A DNA stretch of 64,000 nucleotides, taken from NCBI GenBank assembly GCA_041664905.1, contig JBAYJX010000001.1, positions 3,063 through 67,062 of the forward strand. The letters are read 5' to 3'. The translations under genes and the position numbers were made by a program. The notes below the pieces were generated by a model. It was not told the DNA's origin, made no database searches, and saw only the letters and a program-made list of their open reading frames with translations. This DNA is from an archaeon (GTDB lineage: Archaea; Iainarchaeota; Iainarchaeia; Iainarchaeales; JAAZKV01). Positions 19,820-30,334 of the stretch are shown in pieces (positions within the stretch are counted from its first letter, which is position 1; every line of letters begins with the position of its first letter).

Positions 19820-20167
19820 CTAAATCTTCGCGTGTTCTTTAAGTGTTTTAACTGTTCCAGAAGTAAGAATCGGGTTGATTATAATTTTTTTGTTCTTTAT
19901 TTTTTCAATAAAAGCAGTGCCTGCAATTAAATCAAGTTCTTTTCCGCGTTTACATTTAATTATTGCTTTATTTGATTTGAACAAAACTATTTTAGGATTA
20001 ATTTCTGCTAATCCTTTTGAACCAAAAAAACTTAGTAACTCAATCCAAAACCCAAAGTAAAAATCTTTTTCAGCAACTTCACCGTTTAATACTTCAAACA
20101 AAATGTAGCGCTTACGCTCCCTCTTTGACAACGGCACAATCGCTTTCTTGTTTTTTTCAATCTTCAT
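19820..20167 (-). CDS. rnp2: RNase P protein component 2 (Pop5/Rpp14)
   Basis: RERKRYILFE, FG..G, TSGTVK. Confidence 0.9.
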   Translation of the reverse strand: MKIEKNKKAIVPLSKRERKRYILFEVLNGEVAEKDFYFGFWIELLSFFGSKGLAEINPKIVLFKSNKAIIKCKRGKELDLIAGTAFIEKIKNKKIIINPILTSGTVKTLKEHAKI

Positions 20168-20189
20168 AAAAAAACCAACTTTACTATTT

Positions 20190-20759
20190 TCACTTTACTT
20201 TAATTGTTTCGTTCAAATATTCGCGTGCTTTTTCCGCAGGCAATCCTAAGAGCACAGCAAGTGCTTCTCTAACTTTTGGTGGTCGTAAAAGAAGCGGGTC
20301 TTTTGTCCCACTAGCAACAATAAATTTTGTATTCTTTTGCTTACAATATCTAACAAGCTCTAAATAATTTTTCCAATATTGGTGTCTTTCAAAAGAATTT
20401 GCTTTTAATAATTCTTCAAACATTAAAACAACAATAGTCCCATTAGCAGCAAGTTTTTGAGCAAGGCCAAGATCAAAGAATTGTTTATCGCCAGAAGGCT
20501 GCAAAAGATAATCCGCTTTAATCCTTACTGCAAGTTCATTGGCTTTAACGCTACCGCCAAGAACTGCTCTTGTTTTTGAAGAAAGTTTTTGTAATTCATT
20601 TTCAGGAGTAGATTCAGAAATTAAGTAGCAGGGTAAAAGACTATTTGTTTTAGCTACTTTCTCATCTTTTTCATTAGTCACGAGTACAACTAGTTGTTCG
20701 TTAAAATAAGTACTAACTTGCAGCAACTCTTTGAGTGGCTGAGTATAAACTATATCCAT
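20190..20759 (-). CDS. rnp3: RNase P protein component 3 (Rpp30), divergent
   Basis: IVASGTKDPLLLRPP..LGL; lies between rpl15e and rnp2. Confidence 0.75.
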   Translation of the reverse strand: MDIVYTQPLKELLQVSTYFNEQLVVLVTNEKDEKVAKTNSLLPCYLISESTPENELQKLSSKTRAVLGGSVKANELAVRIKADYLLQPSGDKQFFDLGLAQKLAANGTIVVLMFEELLKANSFERHQYWKNYLELVRYCKQKNTKFIVASGTKDPLLLRPPKVREALAVLLGLPAEKAREYLNETIKVK

Positions 20760-20810
20760 AAATGTAAAAAAACTGCCGCTTTGTGCAGTAATTTCATTTT
20801 ATATTTACAT

Positions 20811-21401
20811 TTAACCGAAGTGATGATCAAGCGCTGTTTTTTGTCTGTGCTTTCTCTTATTCTTTTTACTAACTTCTTTATTTGCTCCACCAGCGAAAGT
20901 CTTTCCTCTTTCAGATCGTCCTTTCTGGTTAGCCAAGTAAGCTAAATTTTTATCATTTACAACTGTTGAAGCTGTTCTATCAGCCATAATTACTTCAAAG
21001 TAATGCCATTTACCATCTTCAGCAACTTTGTAAGAACCTAAAACTTCAGCATTTTCAAATCTCTTAGATGCTTTATTTTCAGACATCCCTTGAGTACTAA
21101 TTCTTCTTGATAATTTTGCCTGACCTTGTCTTTTTGGTCTTCTTTTATTCTTTGGTCTGTGATGAGTACCTGTTCCTTTTCTTACTCTAACTCTAACAGC
21201 AAAAATTCCTTGTTTAGCTTTGAAACCAACACTTCTTGCAGAAGGTAAATTAGTTGGATGATCAACTTTAACAACAGCAAGTTCATCATTTCTATAATCA
21301 AGCCCTCTTTGTCTCATAAAAGAAGCATAATCGTAATTCTCGTCCTTAACTCCTTTCCATTCGTTTTTGAATGCTTGTCGAATATATTTTGCTGCGCCCA
21401 T
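20811..21401 (-). CDS. rpl15e: 50S ribosomal protein L15e
   Basis: MGAAKY, PT..ARSVGFKAKQG, RRPKRQG, VLGSY.VAEDG..YFEVI. Confidence 0.95.
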   Translation of the reverse strand: MGAAKYIRQAFKNEWKGVKDENYDYASFMRQRGLDYRNDELAVVKVDHPTNLPSARSVGFKAKQGIFAVRVRVRKGTGTHHRPKNKRRPKRQGQAKLSRRISTQGMSENKASKRFENAEVLGSYKVAEDGKWHYFEVIMADRTASTVVNDKNLAYLANQKGRSERGKTFAGGANKEVSKKNKRKHRQKTALDHHFG

Positions 21402-21501
21402 GTAAAACTCACCATTTATAAAAATACGGCTCTTTAACTCACCAGTATAACAAAACTTGCCAAAAAAGCATTTATAAATTTACCTTTTATGTCCAAAAAA
21501 A

Positions 21502-21765
21502 TTACCTTCTCACTCTACGCCTAATTTGAGAGAGAAGCGGACGTTTTTTTAGTAACACTCGCCCCCTAAGAGGTCTTTTTCTTGATTTATTAAGAATGGC
21601 ACTATTACTCAATAAACTCAAACCCATATTTGCTTGTCTACTAAACACATTAATTGTTTTATCCCTAACACTCTTTTTAACCCTTGCACGAAAAGAGATA
21701 GGGAGTTTAGTAATTGGCCTTTTTCTAACACCAAAAAATGATCTTATTAAACCCATTAAAAACAC
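21502..21765 (-). CDS. very Arg-rich small hypothetical protein
   Basis: 87-aa ORF co-oriented with rpl15e; no family recognised. Confidence 0.45.
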   Translation of the reverse strand: MFLMGLIRSFFGVRKRPITKLPISFRARVKKSVRDKTINVFSRQANMGLSLLSNSAILNKSRKRPLRGRVLLKKRPLLSQIRRRVRR

Positions 21766-21781
21766 TAAATACCTTTAAACT

Positions 21782-22873
21782 TTGTCATTTATAATATTCA
21801 CTATGGGCTCAGAAAAAACTAAAAACGCGCAAGAAACAAAATGCGACAAATGTGAAGAGAAGGTTGCAATTACTTTAGCTTATGGCCCGCACAATTTTTG
21901 TGAAAAACACTTTACCCAATTTTTTGAAAATAGATTCAAAAAAACTGTGAGAAAATACAAATTAATAAAACCAAAAGAAAAAATTTTGCTTGCGTATAGC
22001 GGTGGAAAAGATTCCTCAGCATTAATTCACTTAATGAAAAAGTTTTATTCGCGGAGTAATACAATGGAAGCGATTGTTATTGATGAGGGAGTTAAAGGTT
22101 ATCGAGATAACGCAATCAACTTAGCAAAAAAAACTTGCGAAGAACTACAATTACCTTGTACAGTAATTTCTTTTAAAAAAGAATTTGGAATTACAAATGA
22201 TAAATTAATGCCACTAATACTCAAGAATCCAAAAATGGGGGGTACTTGTGCTTTTTGTGGAACCTTAAGAAGAAATATTATGAACAAATACGCGAAGAAA
22301 TTTTCTGCTGACAAACTTGCAACCGGACACAACCTAGATGATGAAGTTCAAAGCTTTGTGATGAATGTCTTTAACAACGATTTTGACAGAATGAAAAGAA
22401 TGAGTGCGACAAGCGGAATAATTGATCACGAAGGATTTGTAAAAAGAATAAAGCCTTTATATGAAACCCCTGAAAAAGAAATTATTGCTTACTGTGCAAT
22501 GAAAGGAATTAAACATTATTCACAAGAGTGTTGCCCTTATTCATGGACTGCAAAAAGAAACGAGTACCGAGAAATGCTTAACCACTTTGAGAGTCGCTTT
22601 CCAGGAACAGAGTATTCAATCTTGCGTTTTTATGAAAATATTAAACCGCTTATCCGGCCAAGCGAAAAAGAAAAACCTGCGTTAGCTTCAAAATTACATG
22701 AATGCAAACAATGCAAAGAACCAACTGAAAAGGAATTATGCAAAGCCTGCGAAATGATTAAACAAATAGAACTAGAGGGTAAAAAAAATAAATCTAATAA
22801 AATAACTAACTTGCAACACTTAAACAAATACAATAAAGCACTAACTTGCTCAACAACAAAAAATAGAACTTAA
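21782..22873 (+). CDS. tRNA 2-thiolation protein, TtuA/Ncs6 (TIGR00269) family
   Basis: N- and C-terminal Zn fingers, SGGKDS PP-loop, CxxC, TGHNLDD, CCPY. Confidence 0.92.
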   Translation: MSFIIFTMGSEKTKNAQETKCDKCEEKVAITLAYGPHNFCEKHFTQFFENRFKKTVRKYKLIKPKEKILLAYSGGKDSSALIHLMKKFYSRSNTMEAIVIDEGVKGYRDNAINLAKKTCEELQLPCTVISFKKEFGITNDKLMPLILKNPKMGGTCAFCGTLRRNIMNKYAKKFSADKLATGHNLDDEVQSFVMNVFNNDFDRMKRMSATSGIIDHEGFVKRIKPLYETPEKEIIAYCAMKGIKHYSQECCPYSWTAKRNEYREMLNHFESRFPGTEYSILRFYENIKPLIRPSEKEKPALASKLHECKQCKEPTEKELCKACEMIKQIELEGKKNKSNKITNLQHLNKYNKALTCSTTKNRT

Positions 22874-22918
22874 TTAGTTGTTTAACCCACATTTACTTTC
22901 TAATTTGTTAATTAGGGT

Positions 22919-24532
22919 TCACTTTATTTTTTTCATAAACTTTTCAGTAAATTCTTTTTCAAACTTAGTAAGTTCTTCAATTTTTGCATCAATTGCAAGT
23001 GACTTTTCTGCAAGAGTGCGTTCTGCAGCAATGTTTCTTTGATTTAGTTCATCAATCGCAGAGTTAATTTGTGTTAAGTTTTGTTGCATGCTTGTTAGAA
23101 ACTGTTTTTTAAATTCCTCAAGCACACTAATCTTTTGATCAAGCATCTCTGGAGAAATCTTTTTACTTATTGATTGTAACCGATTAAGCTCTACTTCCAT
23201 ATTTGAGATTAGTTCATCAGCTCTTGCAATCGCAAGTTGTTCGATTTTTTGTTCAGCTTGAGCAAGCATCCCTTCAGCAATGTTTTTTTCGAGCTCAAGA
23301 GTTTTATTTATTCGCTCATCCATTTGATTTAAATGGGCTGTAGAGCTATCAAGAAAAGCTTGAGCCTGCGATTTTGTTTTAATTAACTCAGAATTCATTT
23401 CAACAATAAGTTGAACTTTTGTTTTCTTTGCTTCATCAAGCGCTTGATTTACTTGAGAAAGAGCAATGGCCTGTTGCGCCTTGGCAGTTTCAATTGCAGA
23501 CAGGTTATCAGAAAGTTGTTTATTGTATTGTCTTAATTCAGCAATTTTTGAGTCAATAATAAACACAATTTCTTTTTGTTTTTGCTCAAGTGCTTCCTTA
23601 TTACTTGAAATCATTAAATCTTTTTGTGAATCAAGCAAAATCTTAAATTGGTAAAGCTCTTTTCTTACCGCTTCATCAACTTTATCCCTAACCTGGGAAT
23701 CAACATCATCCTTTAATTTTTTCATCTCAGATAACTTTGCATTCACTGCAACAACAATTCCCTTTTTCCACAATTCCTCAAACCCGGGAGACAGGTCAAT
23801 GGATTTGTTTGAATTTTGAACAAACGGAACAGAATCTGTAAAATTCATGTTCGGAACTCGCGAAAAAGTTTTTTTAGAAATAATTTCAGAAGGTTTTTCT
23901 TTAACTAAACTAGAAGGATTTTCTGGCACTACAGGAACTATTTTTTTAGGCGAATCATTTTCATTTTTATTTTTTGAAGAATTTCCCCCAACTGATTTTT
24001 CTAAAGCCTCAAGATCTTTATCAATGTACTCATCCGATTCATTTAATTCATTTGTATCCATAGGGCTAGTAGCCGAATCAACTTCTTCTTCAATAGCCTC
24101 TTCCTGACCTTCAACATCATCAACTATGTTTTTTGCATCACCAATAGAATTTTTATTGGCATTTTGATCCACCAAATCCTTTTTCAAATCAATATTTTTT
24201 GTTAAAGGAATTTGTTTCACTATTTGTTCATCCATACTCAGGTTTGCAGAAGCAGGTTCAAAATAATCACCGTATTTTTTTTGCTCCGGAACTTGGTTTT
24301 TTTTAGAACTATTTGAGTCAGGCGCGGTGGCAGAGATATCTCCTTGTTTTTGCTTTGCAGTGTTAGCTTTAGCAGTTTTAATTAATTCCATCGCCTCAGC
24401 TTTCTCAATACCCACATCAGAAAGATTATCTGCAATCTCTTGATCCGATACGCTTAGATTAAGAAGTTTTTGAATCGATTCCACTACTGTTTCACGTTTA
24501 TCCATACTAATCGCCAAAATGGTTCTAACCAC
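22919..24532 (-). CDS. large protein: small N-terminal helical domain, acidic disordered linker, long C-terminal coiled coil
   Basis: composition and heptad-like pattern; likely start MDKRE. Confidence 0.7.
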   Translation of the reverse strand: MVRTILAISMDKRETVVESIQKLLNLSVSDQEIADNLSDVGIEKAEAMELIKTAKANTAKQKQGDISATAPDSNSSKKNQVPEQKKYGDYFEPASANLSMDEQIVKQIPLTKNIDLKKDLVDQNANKNSIGDAKNIVDDVEGQEEAIEEEVDSATSPMDTNELNESDEYIDKDLEALEKSVGGNSSKNKNENDSPKKIVPVVPENPSSLVKEKPSEIISKKTFSRVPNMNFTDSVPFVQNSNKSIDLSPGFEELWKKGIVVAVNAKLSEMKKLKDDVDSQVRDKVDEAVRKELYQFKILLDSQKDLMISSNKEALEQKQKEIVFIIDSKIAELRQYNKQLSDNLSAIETAKAQQAIALSQVNQALDEAKKTKVQLIVEMNSELIKTKSQAQAFLDSSTAHLNQMDERINKTLELEKNIAEGMLAQAEQKIEQLAIARADELISNMEVELNRLQSISKKISPEMLDQKISVLEEFKKQFLTSMQQNLTQINSAIDELNQRNIAAERTLAEKSLAIDAKIEELTKFEKEFTEKFMKKIK

Positions 24533-24971
24533 TATAAGTGGGTAACTTGGGAATAAAAAGGTTTTGTAGCGGTTGGCAACATAGAAATATCTTTCCTTTT
24601 AAAACACCTTTCTAAAATAAGAACTTTTCTAAACATAACTGATTAGCAAATTGGTACTGCAATATACTAGAGTATAACTCTACTTTATTTGTCTTTAGCA
24701 ATTCACTTAGTTGTGGTAAATTAAAGTTATATTCAAATCAATAAATGTCATACTTTTAGAGCATACAACATAAGTCACAAATTATTTCTTGCACTAACCT
24801 TACAGTATTAGAGATAACACTGGCAAAACTAACTAATTATACTGTTAATCATAGGGTTAATTGTCTTCGCGAAACTATGTTGCATAAAAAACCCAACAGA
24901 TCAAAATTTATACAAAATCTAATAAACGCACATTTTTATTCTTCAAAAACATATAATACTCTGGTGTCACA

Positions 24972-25688
24972 TTGATTGCAACCGTCGTAATTCCCACTTA
25001 TAATGAAAAAAATACCATCAAAAAAACAATCCAAAAAGTGTTTTCTCAAAAAATCCCTGATGTAAAACTTAACATAATTGTAGTAGATGATAACTCTCCT
25101 GACGGAACAGCTAAAATAGCAAAAAAATTCAAAAATGTATTTGTACTATCAAGACCCTGCAAAATGGGTTTAGGCTCAGCATACCTCGCAGGTTTCAAAA
25201 AAGCATTTGAAATGAATGCAGATGTTGTATTTGAAATGGACGCCGATTTGTCACATGACCCAAAATATTTGAAAGACTTCATAAAAGACATAAAAGAAGG
25301 ATCAGATGTTGTAATAGGCTCAAGATATATAGATGGTGGAGGAAATGATTGGCCAATTTCTAGAAAAATTGTGAGTAAAGGAGCAAATATACTGGCAAAA
25401 ATTATATTATGGCTACCCGCAAAAGATTCCACATCAGGATACAGATGTTATAAAACATCTATTTTGAAAAAAATTGATTTTTCAAAATTCTTTACAAAAG
25501 GATATGCCTTCCAAGAAGAAATGTTGTATTATTGTTTTAAAAAAGGAGCAAAAATATCTGAAATCCCCATATTTTTTCCAAACAGAAAGTCGGGTGCTTC
25601 AAAGCTAAAAATCAGCGAAATAAGCCGCTTTCCATTCCAATTGTTGAAAGTAAGATTTTTTTCAGAAAACTCTAAAAGCAAAGACTAA
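24972..25688 (+). CDS. polyprenol-phosphate glycosyltransferase (GT2, DPM1/GtrB-like)
   Basis: IPTYNE, VDDNSPDGT, EMDADLSHDP, DSTSGYR. Confidence 0.93.
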   Translation: MIATVVIPTYNEKNTIKKTIQKVFSQKIPDVKLNIIVVDDNSPDGTAKIAKKFKNVFVLSRPCKMGLGSAYLAGFKKAFEMNADVVFEMDADLSHDPKYLKDFIKDIKEGSDVVIGSRYIDGGGNDWPISRKIVSKGANILAKIILWLPAKDSTSGYRCYKTSILKKIDFSKFFTKGYAFQEEMLYYCFKKGAKISEIPIFFPNRKSGASKLKISEISRFPFQLLKVRFFSENSKSKD

Positions 25689-25750
25689 ATTTAGTTATTA
25701 GTTGGAATTATTAACTATTATAAAAAATTAACCAACTTTTATTGACTAAC

Positions 25751-26515
25751 TCACTTCTTTATTGCACTTAAATAAATTATCATTCCAAAAGGCAACCAAC
25801 TAAACAATTTGTCAAACTTAAACGTAGCCCATGCAAGCGAACTGGAAATTAAAGATGCTTCCATGGAAATAAGATAAAGTGCTCGTTCTTTAGTAACTAC
25901 AAAACCATTTTCATTCAAAAGATTTCTAATTGAAAAAAAAGTGAACTTACTTATATGTTGTTCACCAAGGCTATAATTTTTCTTTGCAAGAGTTTTATCA
26001 AAAACATATTCCGCAATAGGCCACAAAGACGCATAATTTGGAGTTGTTAGAAATATTGTGCCGCCAATTTTTAATTTCTTTTTAACCTCAATTATTGCCT
26101 TAGCCGGATTTTTTACATGTTCAATAATATGGGACACTACTGCAACATCAAAGTCATTAAACTTAATTTTAATATCCTCTATTGAAGAAACACAAAAATT
26201 TATATTTTTAATTCCTTCAGACATAGTTTTTTTTCTTGCATAGTTGATTGCTTTTTTTGAAATATCCACCCCAACTATCTTCAGTTGAGGATATTTTTTC
26301 GCCAAAGTCCTAGAGAATGTCCCAGAGCCACACCCAATATCCAATACTTTCTCATTACCTTTTAGACCCATAAACTCAATAAAATATTGTTCTCTAGATA
26401 TGTAATGAAATTCCTGCGCTTTATTTGATTTATAATGCGCATCCTCATAATAATCTCCAACAATATTTTTATAAGACTCCATAAGCACACAAATCCATAA
26501 AACTATTAAAAGCAA
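25751..26515 (-). CDS. class I SAM-dependent methyltransferase
   Basis: VLDIGCGSG, GVDIS, HIIEHV, TTPN. Confidence 0.9.
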   Translation of the reverse strand: MLLIVLWICVLMESYKNIVGDYYEDAHYKSNKAQEFHYISREQYFIEFMGLKGNEKVLDIGCGSGTFSRTLAKKYPQLKIVGVDISKKAINYARKKTMSEGIKNINFCVSSIEDIKIKFNDFDVAVVSHIIEHVKNPAKAIIEVKKKLKIGGTIFLTTPNYASLWPIAEYVFDKTLAKKNYSLGEQHISKFTFFSIRNLLNENGFVVTKERALYLISMEASLISSSLAWATFKFDKLFSWLPFGMIIYLSAIKK

Positions 26516-26522
26516 TACTTTT

Positions 26523-26972
26523 TTAGTTATTAAATTTATCTTCCTTCACAATTTTACCAAAGGTTATCAACTTATTTGAATTATAAGTAAAAAAAGTAAC
26601 TAGGATTGTGGCAATTACTCTTGCTGCAGTTGGCCAAACCCCAAAAAATTCTACTTGCACAGCAGTAATACTTGCATTAAATGCCCAACCAATTAGTGCA
26701 ATAGTGACAAATACCACAAACTGTAACTTAAAATTTCTACCCTTACCTTTAAACGTTATTTTTCTTTGCAACAAATAATTTACTAGCGCAGCAAGTGGAA
26801 AAGAAATACTTAAAGAAATGAAATAATGAAACTTTAAAATTTCGTTTAACATAAAAAAAGTAGAAATATCCACTATTGCAGCTATGCCCCCACAAAAGCA
26901 ATACCTAATGAATTTACCGCCAAATAATTTTTTAACAATATCAATAATCCGCATTAAGATCCTTATCCACAA
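26523..26972 (-). CDS. GtrA-family flippase-like protein
   Basis: FIRYCFCGGIAAIVD, NYLLQRKITF, four TM segments. Confidence 0.88.
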   Translation of the reverse strand: MWIRILMRIIDIVKKLFGGKFIRYCFCGGIAAIVDISTFFMLNEILKFHYFISLSISFPLAALVNYLLQRKITFKGKGRNFKLQFVVFVTIALIGWAFNASITAVQVEFFGVWPTAARVIATILVTFFTYNSNKLITFGKIVKEDKFNN

Positions 26973-26988
26973 TAACTTTTATCAATAC

Positions 26989-28599
26989 TTATTTTTCGCC
27001 ACAAAAATTTGTTTTATATACAGTATAGTCGCCAAATATTTTCTTTTCTAAATTCTGCTGTTCTGCAATGCTAATTATATTAGAATTTGATCTCACTCCC
27101 CAACCTGCTTTCACAACAACTGCTTTTATGCACGCAGTTTTAAGTTCAAGATTTAGATCCTCAGTTTGAGGACAGTAGGTTTTTGTATTTGTGTAATAAG
27201 CAACTTCTTTTCCTTGAGTAAAAATGTTGCTTCCTTGAGGAACATTCTGTTGAATATACTCCAAAGTACCCTGTAACCCTGTTTCCCCATAGTCGTAAAG
27301 TGTAGCACTCGTGGTAGTCAACTGGAAAATATTTGTATACAAACAAACACCAAGATATAAAAAAATCAAAATTTCTTTTTTGTGTTTAGAAACAATAATT
27401 GGAAACAAAGGAATACAATTAACAACAACAATATAAACTGCCCCAATCAAATCACGCGCATGCTGTATTGGATCCCTCAAAAAAACCGCATAAACTATTG
27501 AAGGCAACACAAAAAGTCCAATACTCGCAATTTTTATTTTAAATTTAAAATTTCTCAAAAAATAAAATCCAACAAGTGCTATCATTGGCAAAAACGCCGC
27601 CATATACTTCGGAAACCTATACGCGGAAGGTATAGAAAAAAGGTATTGTGCCAACGCAATTATTGAAATAACAAAGAATAAACGAGTTGTTTTTTCTTTT
27701 ATCTGGCTAAGAAAAAGCAGACACAAAGGAAGCGTTATCCAAAGCAAATTTTGTTTTAGCCCAGAATAAAATATTGTTACAATTCGGTCATAAATTGTTA
27801 AAGTTGCATTTCTGGAAAAAATATTTGCAAGAATATACTCAATAGGACTATAAAATGAAATACCACTAATTAAAGAAATGACAAACCAGACAATCGCAAA
27901 AATGCCCACCCCTGCAAAAGCCGCTAAAACAAATGACTTGAATTCTTTTCTTTTCCAAATAATAAAATATAAAAAGGCCCCGCCAAGGATTATGAAGAAA
28001 ACGGTAAGTTTTGACAATAGAATCAAAGCAATTGCAATTGCAAGAAACAAATATTTAATTTTTTTACTTTTAAACTTATATAAATAAACTAACGAAAATA
28101 TTGCAATAGCTAACGCCAAAATAGTATTATCAATATCTAAAAGCAACGAACCCTGTATTGCAAGCGGATTAAATGCATAAAGTGCAGTCCCCGCTAGGGC
28201 TAACTTATTATCACCAAACAAAGATCTAAATGCAAAAAACAAAACAATAAGGGTGGCAATAAAAATAATGATTCCTGAAAGCCTCAAAAACTTTTCTGGA
28301 GCAATTGACAAAAAAAAAGCCAGATAATTTATATAAGTCGTGGGGTGACCTTCAAACAAGATTGGGGGGAGATTTGCACAAAAATCAGTCATGGGCTTTT
28401 GCCCCAGGGCAACAAATTTCGCGGTATCCAAATACCAGTATTCATCGGCAGTAAATGGTTTTGAAATTTGTAGCAAAGCAAAAAATAACGAACTAATAAG
28501 TAAAATAATAAAAACAAAAACAAAAGCATTTCTTTCAAATAATCTTTTTAAATTTGAAATTTCTTTAAACCATTGTTTAATCATAATTAGAACAATCAA
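26989..28599 (-). CDS. multi-TM GT-C glycosyltransferase (ArnT/PMT-like)
   Basis: DE motif after TM1 (TADEYWY), HP motif, many TMs, soluble C-terminal domain. Confidence 0.75.
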   Translation of the reverse strand: MIVLIMIKQWFKEISNLKRLFERNAFVFVFIILLISSLFFALLQISKPFTADEYWYLDTAKFVALGQKPMTDFCANLPPILFEGHPTTYINYLAFFLSIAPEKFLRLSGIIIFIATLIVLFFAFRSLFGDNKLALAGTALYAFNPLAIQGSLLLDIDNTILALAIAIFSLVYLYKFKSKKIKYLFLAIAIALILLSKLTVFFIILGGAFLYFIIWKRKEFKSFVLAAFAGVGIFAIVWFVISLISGISFYSPIEYILANIFSRNATLTIYDRIVTIFYSGLKQNLLWITLPLCLLFLSQIKEKTTRLFFVISIIALAQYLFSIPSAYRFPKYMAAFLPMIALVGFYFLRNFKFKIKIASIGLFVLPSIVYAVFLRDPIQHARDLIGAVYIVVVNCIPLFPIIVSKHKKEILIFLYLGVCLYTNIFQLTTTSATLYDYGETGLQGTLEYIQQNVPQGSNIFTQGKEVAYYTNTKTYCPQTEDLNLELKTACIKAVVVKAGWGVRSNSNIISIAEQQNLEKKIFGDYTVYKTNFCGEK

Positions 28600-28687
28600 T
28601 TGCTAATAACCTTTAAAAACTAATTTTAAATAGCATTTTCATAAATTTAATAACTAAAACAATTCAAAAATACATAAAAAAAGATTT

Positions 28688-28708
28688 GGCTTTGCTTTAT
28701 GCAAAGCC
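28688..28708 (-). terminator. 8-bp hairpin downstream of Sm gene
   Basis: GGCTTTGC-TTTAT-GCAAAGCC. Confidence 0.45.
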
Positions 28709-28728
28709 CTTAAATTAAAAAGAATTAG

Positions 28729-28950
28729 TTATGGTGAAATTAAGATTACACTATCTCCTCGAATCATGGCTTTCCCATATTTAGTCTTAATTTCTCCTTC
28801 AACTATTTGGGAGGCGTTTTCAAGATGCAAATTCATGTGCACATCAAATGCTTTTAGAGTACCTCTAACTTGATTGTTTCCCTTAAGCACAACCAGAACT
28901 TCTTTGTCTATTGCATCATTCAAAAGATCGAATGGTCTATTATTCATCAA
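28729..28950 (-). CDS. Sm/LSm protein (SmAP1)
   Basis: RPFDLL, GTLKAFDVHMNL, IRGDSVILISP. Confidence 0.95.
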   Translation of the reverse strand: MMNNRPFDLLNDAIDKEVLVVLKGNNQVRGTLKAFDVHMNLHLENASQIVEGEIKTKYGKAMIRGDSVILISP

Positions 28951-28956
28951 AACACC

Positions 28957-29739
28957 TCATTTTTTCTTGAAAAAAGAAAAAAACTTTTCCAAGAAACCAA
29001 CTTTTTTTACAGCCGTATCTGTTACTTTCAGACCAGTTACTCTAGATGCTATTTTTGTTATTTCTTCAGAAGCCGGACAATCAGGCTTTCTCACAATCAC
29101 AGGAGCAACTTTTTCCTGCATAAAACTTTTCCTAACTTCAGGATCGTATGGAATATTTCCATAAATAGGTAATTCAAGCATATTAGCAATTTCATTCTTT
29201 GTAATCTCGCCTTTTTCATTCATAACAAAATTAATTACTACCCCTATAACCTTGGAACCAAGTCTTTGTGCAACAATTTTTGCTTTCAAAGCATCAGCGA
29301 TTGCTGGAGAAGTAGGCATTGTAACTAATAATGTTTCTTGAGAAGCACTTAAAGCCGAAAGAACATTTTTTTCAATCCCTGCAGCAACATCAAGCAAAAT
29401 AAAATCATATTCTTCAACTAATTGAGAAACAATACTAGTTAGTCTCTCGCTATCAACTCTCTTATAATTATCAAGACTCAAACCCGAAGGAATAAATCTT
29501 ACTCCCATCGGACCATCATAAATTGCATCATGTGGTTGAGCTTCGCCTAATAAAACATCATGAAGAGTGATTGGAGAAGACTGCATCCCCAAAATAAGTG
29601 ATAAATTAGCCATCGCAACATCAGCATCAATCAAAAGAACTTTTTGACCAAGCTTTGACAAAGCAATTCCTAAATTAGCAGTAATAGTGGTCTTTCCAGT
29701 CCCACCTTTTCCCGAAGCAACAGCAATAACCCTAGCCAT
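28957..29739 (-). CDS. minD: archaeal MinD ATPase
   Basis: SGKGGTGKTT, IDADVAMANL, TLHDVL, IPYDPEVR, C-terminal amphipathic FLEKFFSFF. Confidence 0.93.
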   Translation of the reverse strand: MARVIAVASGKGGTGKTTITANLGIALSKLGQKVLLIDADVAMANLSLILGMQSSPITLHDVLLGEAQPHDAIYDGPMGVRFIPSGLSLDNYKRVDSERLTSIVSQLVEEYDFILLDVAAGIEKNVLSALSASQETLLVTMPTSPAIADALKAKIVAQRLGSKVIGVVINFVMNEKGEITKNEIANMLELPIYGNIPYDPEVRKSFMQEKVAPVIVRKPDCPASEEITKIASRVTGLKVTDTAVKKVGFLEKFFSFFKKK

Positions 29740-29812
29740 AAAAACACCAAATAATTAAATAAAAACAATTAATAAAAACCTACTTATTTCCAAATAAAAG
29801 ATTAAGTTATCC

Positions 29813-30298
29813 CTAAGCAACCTGAGAAATCCTCTTCTTCTCCTTAGTATCCCCACTCTTGTTACTTACAAGCAACCCATCTAGTTCAAATGCAAGTGCT
29901 TTAAGTTCAAGGTTTGTTAACTCACTACCAGCTTTAACAATAAAAACTTTTTTATTCAAAGGGAACATCATAAACCAATGACCATTTCTTTTAATTAAAA
30001 CAGATTCTGAATCAGGTAATTCACTTTTAATATAAGAAAGCATTGCAGTCCCAACAATTCCTTCAGTGTGACCATTACCTTCACTAGAAACAACAATACT
30101 ACCATCAAGATTTGTAACCAAAAAAGAATCTACTAAATGTTTTCTTTTAAGAATCATTAAATTCTCTTCAAAATCATGAGAATAAACATATTTATGCTTT
30201 GAAAGAAAATCTCTTAAGAATTCTAATTGCGAATTAGGTTGCGAAGTACCATCAGACTCAAGCACGCGAGCAGCAAACTTCCTCAAAACTTTTATCAT
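29813..30298 (-). CDS. hypothetical protein with roadblock/MglB-like domain
   Basis: FLVTNLDGSIVVSS hairpin, helix, three strands, C-terminal helix. Confidence 0.5.
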   Translation of the reverse strand: MIKVLRKFAARVLESDGTSQPNSQLEFLRDFLSKHKYVYSHDFEENLMILKRKHLVDSFLVTNLDGSIVVSSEGNGHTEGIVGTAMLSYIKSELPDSESVLIKRNGHWFMMFPLNKKVFIVKAGSELTNLELKALAFELDGLLVSNKSGDTKEKKRISQVA

Positions 30299-30334
30299 AC
30301 TATTCCACCAGGAAAAAATAAATTAAATCTTGTT

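Noticed and set aside
24577..24883. 9-bp inverted repeat GCAACATAG...CTATGTTGC as MITE ends
   Set aside because: It does not extend, there is no clear target duplication, and a 9-mer match in 440 bp of AT-rich DNA can easily arise by chance.
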